Below are positions 39,801-43,446 of a stretch of DNA of 43,446 nucleotides, one piece after another. The notes under the pieces were generated by a model, which did not search any database, was not told the origin of the DNA, and saw nothing but the letters and a program-made list of their open reading frames with translations. This DNA is from Pseudomonadota bacterium. GTDB taxonomy: Bacteria > Bdellovibrionota > Bdellovibrionia > Bdellovibrionales > Bdellovibrionaceae. Numbering within the stretch: the stretch's first letter is position 1; every line of letters begins with the position of its first letter. The stretch spans positions 1 to 43,446 of the forward strand of contig JBEGVH010000041.1 in assembly GCA_041178425.1 (NCBI GenBank). The letters are read 5' to 3'. Both the position numbers and the translations under genes were made by a program.

Positions 39801-42800
39801 GAATTTTACCGATTGCTAACGGTGGTACTGGTGTGGGTTCTTCTAATCAAAACACTGTTTTTGCAGGCCCCCTTTCTGGAAATGGCGACCCTACTTTTAG
39901 AATGCTCACTGCCGCTGACTTACCTTCGGCCGCAGGTGATGTCTCTGGTGGTTATGCCGCTCTGTCTGTTGATAAAATTAAAGGTGTTTCATTAACAATG
40001 AACAGCCTCACAAATGGTAACTTTTTAAAATACAATGGCACAGACTGGGTGAATTCCAATCTTTCAGCCTCTGATATTACTTCGGGTCAATTAGCGATGT
40101 CTCGCGGTGGAACTGGCGCGAGTATCACTGCAAACAACGGTGGTATTGTTTACTCTGATGCTTCGAATCTCGCACTACTTAACGGAACAGCAACGGCTGG
40201 CCTGCCTCTCGTATCCGGTGCAAGCGGAGCTCCAGCTTGGTCTACCGTTAGTTTGGCCAGCGGCAATGTGACCTTGCCTGCCGCCGGGACTTTAGCCACA
40301 GCAAGCGGTGACCTGACTGTAAAAGGCGCTGCAGATACATATATTGGTAATAATGTCGCTGGCTCCACCACGATATATGGTGGCACCGGCGGAGCATCGA
40401 ATATTGTCGTCAACACAACTGGCACTACAGTGACTGGAAGCCTTTATGCTCCGAATTTAATTCCAAGCAGCAACGTGGTACCAACAAATGGTGTTTACTT
40501 GCCAGCAGCTAACACTGTAGGTATTGCCGCTAACTCTTTGGCGGCAGCAAAATTTTCATCAACGTCTGCGAATTTCCTCGGTAAAGTTAGCATCGGACCT
40601 GTGTCAACGACCCCTGTCAATGATCTCGGTCTCGATGGAACGGCCGCTCGCAGCATTGGTATTGAGCGCAACCCGGACCCAGCGAACGGGCAAAACCTAA
40701 CAGTGGTCGCTGGAGGCGCGCAAACTGGCGGAACCGACAGAGCGGGCGGCGACTTGATCCTTTCGAGTGGCGTCTCAACAGGCACGGGGTCTTCAAATAT
40801 CCAATTTAAAACGGCTGCCGGCGGAGGCGCTGGCTCCAATGACCGAACCCCTGCTACGCGAGTCACTATTCTCGGTAGCGGAAACGTGGGTATCGGAACA
40901 ACTTCACCGCAATCTCTCCTCGATGTTAAAGGTAACTTTAGAATTTCTGGTTCTACAGATGGCTCTGTCGTACTCGCTGCTCCAACATCAGGAGCTTCAG
41001 CTACCTACATCCTGCCGCCCGCACCTACGAATGGTGCCTTCTTAACAACGGATGGGACGGGCACTCTTAGCTGGGGAAGCCCAAGTCTTTCTTCGGTCAG
41101 TGGAGTATTACCGATTGCAAATGGTGGTACTGGCGCTGCCACGACAACTCAAAACTATGTCTTCGCTGGTCCTCCAGCAGGCGGAACAGGCGCGCCAAGT
41201 TATAGATTGTTAGTATCGTCAGATATTCCAAACGCAGCCGGAGATGTATCCGGCAATTATGGATCACTCACCGTCGATAAAATTAAAAACGTGGCACTAT
41301 CAATCACCAGCATAACCAGCGGTAACTTCTTAAAGTACAATGGCACAAACTGGGTCAATTCAAATCTCTCTGCGAGTGATATTGCGTCTGGCGAACTTGC
41401 CTTGAATCGTGGTGGATCCGGAGCCAATCTCACAGCGAACAATGGTGGTATCGTTTATTCGAACGCCTCTAGCCTAGCCATTTTGAATGGCACGGCCACC
41501 GCTGGGTTACCACTCATCTCTGGTTCTAATGACACTCCGGCATGGTCTACCGTTAGTCTCGCGAGCGGAAATGTCACACTTCCAAACACTGGTACTATAT
41601 CAACAAGCAGTGGTGACTTAACAGTAAAAGGTGCGGCCAACACTAATCTCGGCAACAGTGGCGTCACTGGAACGACGACGGTCTACGGTGGAACAACGGG
41701 TGGATCAAGAGTCACTCTCGATACAACGGGCGTGACTGTGACTGGTAGCTTCTACGCGCCTAACTTAATCCCAAGTAGCTCTGTGGCACCAACAAATGGT
41801 ATTTACCTCCCAGCCGCCAACACAGTTGGTATTTCTGCCAGCTCGACGGCATCGGCTCAGTTCACATCAACAACGGCTGCTTTTGTCGGAAAACTAGGTA
41901 TCGGATCTCTCACTGCTCCAGCCAATGACCTCAGCTTTGCAGGCACTGCCGCACGCACGATTGCCGTTGAACGAAACACAAGCGCAGCCGCAGGACAAGG
42001 ACTTACTATCAATGCGGGTGGTGCAAAATCTGGCGAATCAAATCTCGCCGGTGGTGATCTTACCCTCTCAAGTGGTATTTCTACTGGCAACGGAACATCA
42101 AATATTTACTTTAAGACGGCGGCCGCTGGCTCTTCAGGTTCTTCAGACCAAGCGCCTGCTACTCGTATGACTATCCTCGGCAGTGGAAATGTGGGTGTCG
42201 GCACTTCGACGCCAACATCTCCTCTTGACGTCAAGGGCGAATTCAGAATCAGCGGTGCTACTTCTGGTTATGTAGGATTCGCCGCCCAAGCGGCTGCAGG
42301 CACAACAACCTATACGCTGCCAGCGGCTCCTCAGGCTGGCAAATTCCTGCAAACCGATGGCAATGGTGCTTTAACGTGGGTGACTCCTGACCTTTCAAAT
42401 GCCATCTCTGGAACACTTGGGGTTGCTAACGGCGGTACAGGAGCCAGCACTTTAACCTCTAAAGGAATTCTGTACGGAAACGGCACTAGCGCTGTTGGCG
42501 TCACCGCTGCAGGCTCTCAGTATCAGGTATTGCAAGCAGGTTCGGGCGGTACACCAGAGTTTGGAGCGCTTCATCTTGACCAAGCAGCAGCTATTACTGG
42601 CACACTCCCCGTTAATAATGGTGGTACGGGGATCACCACTGGCACTCAAGGTGGCATGGTTTACTTTAGTGCCAATAACATGATGGCATCGACAGGTGCG
42701 ATGACTCAATATGGTCTCGTATACGGTGGAGGAACGGGATCTGCGCCCGCTTCGACTGGTGCTATGACCGATGGTCAATTCATTGTTGGTAAAAATTCGA

Positions 42801-43446
42801 GTGCGCCTCAGGTTGTGACAATGGGTGGAGACGCCATCGTGAGCAATACTGGTACAGTGACTGTCAATCTCACTGGTAATACAACGCTCAAAGCACTTGG
42901 TCTTGGCGTGAGCCCAGGAGCAGGTCGTATCGTGGTGACTGATAACTCATCAGGTGCAACACTGATCACTGCTGACCCAACTTCTTCTGACTACTTTACG
43001 CAGTATGCGCGCTTGAATGGTCGAGGCAGTTCACAGGTTTTCTATGGCGCAACATCTGCAAGCGGCAGCCTTTATCTCGAATCAACTCTCGACGCCACAA
43101 AAGGGAACGTGATTATTAACTCTGCTGGAGGAAACGTCGGTGTCGGCACGTCTTCACCGCTTTCAACCCTCGATGTTAATGGTGACATCAGAATCCGAGC
43201 GACTGATGCAAGTTCAATTATCTTGCGCGCCCCTACTGGTTCTGGAGTGACTTATACTTTCCCTGCCTCAGCGCCTGGAACCGCCACTGGAAAGTTCTTA
43301 ACCGCAAACACATCGGGCACTTTATCGTGGGCTGAACCGGTGGGCGTTGCTCCGGATGTCGCATCGGCTACTGGTACGCTAGCAGTTGGTCACGGCGGTA
43401 CGGGCTTAACGAGCGGTACTTCTGGAGGTATCCCTTACTTTAGCGC
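30863..43446 (+). CDS. Giant secreted phage-tail-fibre-like adhesin (MAT-like), >4190 aa, 3' end outside the window
   Basis: Hand translation gives MQRIGLEKLFMNKK...LILLISNYTHA/ADYGVTYQGKI...CLLYSEKQSIDMSSGDGTF. The same frame reads AVGHGGTGLTSGTSGGIPYFS at the window end and is in frame at every point checked. Fibre motifs TPGTYG...TVDAQGRIT, KSDVGLGNVEN, LPIANGGTG and GNVGIGTTTP recur. Alternative start 30893. Confidence 0.9.
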   Translation, partial: MQRIGLEKLFMNKKTLTANKKFAMGNLLVMWLILLISNYTHAADYGVTYQGKIVTDAGRPLVASKVDFTLRILESRSNCLLYSEKQSIDMSSGDGTFYLILGKGTRIDNEHSLAFEKIFDPGAQLPVSLNCPLGYAKQPGDGMRLMAYFNAGTGPQVLRPLDINPTPLSIDTVNVGGVSSSNVLRVSDGTAAPMTAANLTYLTSILAKNGTIISNGVSTRDLTLANTTNNQVMLKAPEGSFSNFSIGLPSSSGTQGQLLSADGSGNLVWSNPQGGGTVLSVTAGTGLSGGTITSVGTIGLADTAVTPGTYGGNGAVPTFTVDAQGRITSASNAGIPNADATNSGLLTTEDWNRFNNMVPLTGGTMTGMLQLPSGGLRIGANQFYMNGNKIGLGTTTPTAILHLGSSVGYPAMKFTATTPITTPEAGSLEYDGTNLLLTDSTGQRTALGFAGQGIGTLIGDVSATGNGTANAIVNSVGGSTANEIRTAERAVNVTATANSTASTLVKRDASGGAAFKAVKIDNVGGNSVTLKSPLALTSYDITWPSAVPGAANSVLLSDTNGTLSWGDISNITGTVDLSSNKVTGVLPIANGGTNSNTALTNNQLMVSDNGAIKEFGAMTDGQVIVGKTGFAPQKVALSGDISIDNTGATTVNSIAGTAVSGVGLATNNVLQNTSGSAIPANSLLITNGTGTGVTGLSTGVNGALVSVGGVLQWQVLTAQLLGLGNVENVAISTWPGSANITTVGTIGSGTWQGSAVGPTYGGTGQTTYATGDMLYGSAPNTLSKLSGNTSTTTKFMAQTGDGTNSAAPVWSTVSKSDVGLGNVENQALSTWTGTNTITTLGTITTGTWNGSTIALDKGGTGATDAATARTNLGAAVAGANGDITSLTATTSITSTDILALASSTDKDITITPGGNGNTIIGGNVGIGSAAPTNKLEVVGTNGTTVKIVDGNQGVNKVLTSDADGVARWADLPTSAPSTAGTAILKGNGSGGFAAAVVNTDYLGITGHTSVTTLGTVTTGTWNATTITSAKGGTGQTSYSLGDILFGNAGGSLSKLTGNTSANKQFLSQTGNTVTSNAPVWSSVSKSDVGLSNVENTALSTWTGTNTITTLGTISTGTWNATTIAVNKGGTGATDPAAARTNLNAAVKGANDDITSLTGANSITSPSALNLESAANQNVNLSPGANGFVNFNSSAMMGTNDPTFNTGAYQTQNRIFAISGDGSGSAQSTGILALGNNRPTPAPDDVAGSIDFISSGNGTGLAQLGARIKSIVKGDGGTNGYGQDIAFYTKGDDAAVISERMRIANNGYVGIGTSSPTAKLEVVGGVGVKPLKIVDGSEGNGKVLTSDATGNATWQAPTIGAPPTSGTSILKGDGLGGFNSAVVGVDYLGASGGPTLTTAGTITTGTWNATAISPAFGGTGITTYNIGDMVYANGTSTFQKIGGNQTNSTMFLSQTGNGSLPGAPVWRGITKTDVGLSNVENTALSTWAGSSNITTLGTITTGTWNGSTIAVNKGGTGATDAGVARTNLGAAASGANGDITSLTATTSITSTAALALNSAANENITLSPGGSGKTVVNSNMGIGTTDPSFGTSLYPLPARVMGVTGDGSDADTSNGVIALANNRPTPAAGDTVGALDFVSVNNGSGAARMGARVKSVLTGAGGSNGFGQDLIFYTKNDDAATATEKVRITQGGKVGIGTNAPGTMLEVVGTSGNTLKIVDGNQGINKHLVSDANGVASWAPIPASAPPTGGSAILKGDGAGGFTNAVANTDYLSITGANSVTTLGTITTGTWNGTKIDPAYGGTGITSYTAGDMVYATGATTLEKMAGNATLTKKFMSQSGSGFLPNAPEWSTVTKADVGLSNVENTALSTWPGSANVSTVGTITSGTWNGTAVGIGYGGTGATDAETARSNLGVAVKGSNNDITALNATTQINSPNALILRSGTDQDITFEPGGVGTTIINSNIAVNTLDPTFSTGLYNSPTQIMSITGKGTASATSNGVLALANNRATPTVGDTVGAVDFISVGNGSGAAQRGARINSILTGSGGGNGFGQDLIFYTKGDNTTSSSERVRITNAGKVGIGTNTPSTMLEVNGGNGTTLKIVDGNQGTNKYLKSDANGVASWATIPSSAPPTSGTAILKGDGAGGTSSAVANTDYLSITGHTSVTTLGTVTTGTWNATTIGTGYGGTGNTTYALGDILFGDASNSLTKLSGNTSATKKFLSQQGTGSGSAAPVWLDVTKTDVGLSNVENTALSTWPGSTNIVSVGTVTSGTWRGTPVEVAYGGTGGTNATSARTALSAAKSGDNSDITGLNTVRSITSDQSLALQSASNQNIVLTPGGAGNTILNGNIGVNNANPAYAFDMVGATMRTTRYSADANPATFILGKARGNAGGAAAAESADVLAQISAQGYDGTSFADGGMIRFKATENFGGAANGTSIELLNKPNGSTTLTSRMFIGQDGKVGFGTTTPAANLEVKGDFRINGTTSGYVGFASQAAAGSTTYTFPTAPTNGYFLSTDATGNLSWSVPTLSTVSGILPVANGGTGAATASANKIFAGPTTGADAAPSYRSLVAADIPAAAGDVSGAYSALAVDKIKGVPLSITTPATGNFLKYDSGNWVNANITASDIASGQVAMANGGTGANLTANNGGIVYTDATKMAILNGTATSGLPLLSGANAAPTWGTVNLSGGNVSLPATGTVSTSAGNLTVRGAADTIVGNDTVTATTSIYGGANGATNMVLNSTGVAVAGNVAVTGNVSATGNISATNFVPTSATVPTNGLYLPAANTVGIASNTTAAARFTATNAMVAGKFGIGSATTAPSYDLGIDGTAARTMGVERNSAGDAGGALTLTAGGAALNSSDKAGGDLILASGVSTGTGSSKISFQTSPAGGAGSSDNAAATRMTILGNGNVGIGTTTPTALLDVKGTMRLSGSTSGYVGLATQAAAGNTTYTLPAAPTANHFLQTDANGQLTWAAPSVSTVTGILPIANGGTGVGSSNQNTVFAGPLSGNGDPTFRMLTAADLPSAAGDVSGGYAALSVDKIKGVSLTMNSLTNGNFLKYNGTDWVNSNLSASDITSGQLAMSRGGTGASITANNGGIVYSDASNLALLNGTATAGLPLVSGASGAPAWSTVSLASGNVTLPAAGTLATASGDLTVKGAADTYIGNNVAGSTTIYGGTGGASNIVVNTTGTTVTGSLYAPNLIPSSNVVPTNGVYLPAANTVGIAANSLAAAKFSSTSANFLGKVSIGPVSTTPVNDLGLDGTAARSIGIERNPDPANGQNLTVVAGGAQTGGTDRAGGDLILSSGVSTGTGSSNIQFKTAAGGGAGSNDRTPATRVTILGSGNVGIGTTSPQSLLDVKGNFRISGSTDGSVVLAAPTSGASATYILPPAPTNGAFLTTDGTGTLSWGSPSLSSVSGVLPIANGGTGAATTTQNYVFAGPPAGGTGAPSYRLLVSSDIPNAAGDVSGNYGSLTVDKIKNVALSITSITSGNFLKYNGTNWVNSNLSASDIASGELALNRGGSGANLTANNGGIVYSNASSLAILNGTATAGLPLISGSNDTPAWSTVSLASGNVTLPNTGTISTSSGDLTVKGAANTNLGNSGVTGTTTVYGGTTGGSRVTLDTTGVTVTGSFYAPNLIPSSSVAPTNGIYLPAANTVGISASSTASAQFTSTTAAFVGKLGIGSLTAPANDLSFAGTAARTIAVERNTSAAAGQGLTINAGGAKSGESNLAGGDLTLSSGISTGNGTSNIYFKTAAAGSSGSSDQAPATRMTILGSGNVGVGTSTPTSPLDVKGEFRISGATSGYVGFAAQAAAGTTTYTLPAAPQAGKFLQTDGNGALTWVTPDLSNAISGTLGVANGGTGASTLTSKGILYGNGTSAVGVTAAGSQYQVLQAGSGGTPEFGALHLDQAAAITGTLPVNNGGTGITTGTQGGMVYFSANNMMASTGAMTQYGLVYGGGTGSAPASTGAMTDGQFIVGKNSSAPQVVTMGGDAIVSNTGTVTVNLTGNTTLKALGLGVSPGAGRIVVTDNSSGATLITADPTSSDYFTQYARLNGRGSSQVFYGATSASGSLYLESTLDATKGNVIINSAGGNVGVGTSSPLSTLDVNGDIRIRATDASSIILRAPTGSGVTYTFPASAPGTATGKFLTANTSGTLSWAEPVGVAPDVASATGTLAVGHGGTGLTSGTSGGIPYFS
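33332..37600 (+). repeat. Repeat block A in the fibre gene: one 270-aa unit and three 384-385-aa units
   Basis: EN(Q/T)ALSTW anchors at 33332, 34142, 35297, 36449 and 37601 (spacings 810, 1155, 1152, 1152 nt). Confidence 0.85.
38273..42223 (+). repeat. Repeat block B in the fibre gene: three 434-448-aa units
   Basis: L(D/E)VKG anchors at 38273, 39617, 40919 and 42224 (spacings 1344, 1302, 1305 nt); DKIK anchors at 38630, 39971 and 41276. Confidence 0.85.

Noticed and set aside
33332..42223. CRISPR array or DGR template/variable repeat
   Set aside because: Repeats are ~0.8-1.3 kb in-frame coding units with synonymous divergence; no short repeat-spacer pattern, reverse transcriptase or cas genes were seen
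31065..42778. Many short ORFs in the track across the last 12 kb (V/A/P-rich minus-strand ORFs and short + ORFs)
   Set aside because: They are antisense or off-frame shadows of the giant fibre gene, and their own repetition mirrors its repeat units
30863..43446. Prophage or tailocin interpretation of the tail-fibre motifs
   Set aside because: The protein has a Sec-type signal peptide and a sigma28-type promoter, and no capsid, tail, baseplate or integrase genes occur in the window

Overview
Bacterial chromosomal window, most likely from a Bdellovibrionota (Bdellovibrio-like predator). This assignment is inferred from a MAT/tail-fibre-type giant gene, a MIDAS-vWA lipoprotein, sigma28-type promoters and many orphan secreted proteins. 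The first ~30.5 kb holds mostly housekeeping and accessory genes: gloB, uvrA, fur, folE2, Maf/yceF, cdd, a nitroreductase, an MlaF-like ATPase, an AAA_14-DUF4143 ATPase, an ABC-F protein, a DUF883 protein, SRAP, an M13 peptidase, an HD protein, an RNase Y-like protein, fadE, a CDF transporter and an outer-membrane beta-barrel. The last 12.6 kb is one open + strand frame that is absent from the ORF track (30863 to beyond 43446, >4190 aa, no stop in the window). It encodes a secreted, phage-tail-fibre-like mosaic adhesin with two blocks of triplicated modules (~385 aa and ~440 aa), lies downstream of a sigma28/FliA-type promoter, and is divergent from a small membrane ORF plus the beta-barrel gene. 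Other highlights: a lipoprotein with two ADAMTS-like TSP1 repeats and a vWA domain (TRAP/MIC2-like domain set) coupled to a GspG-like gene; a ~150-200 bp nested GC-rich palindromic element; a near-perfect Fur box ahead of fur-uvrA; tandem operators in the AAA-DUF4143 promoter; an RNase Y paralogue with a degenerate KH loop; and several apparently leaderless genes. All calls come from reading motifs by eye; no searches were run.
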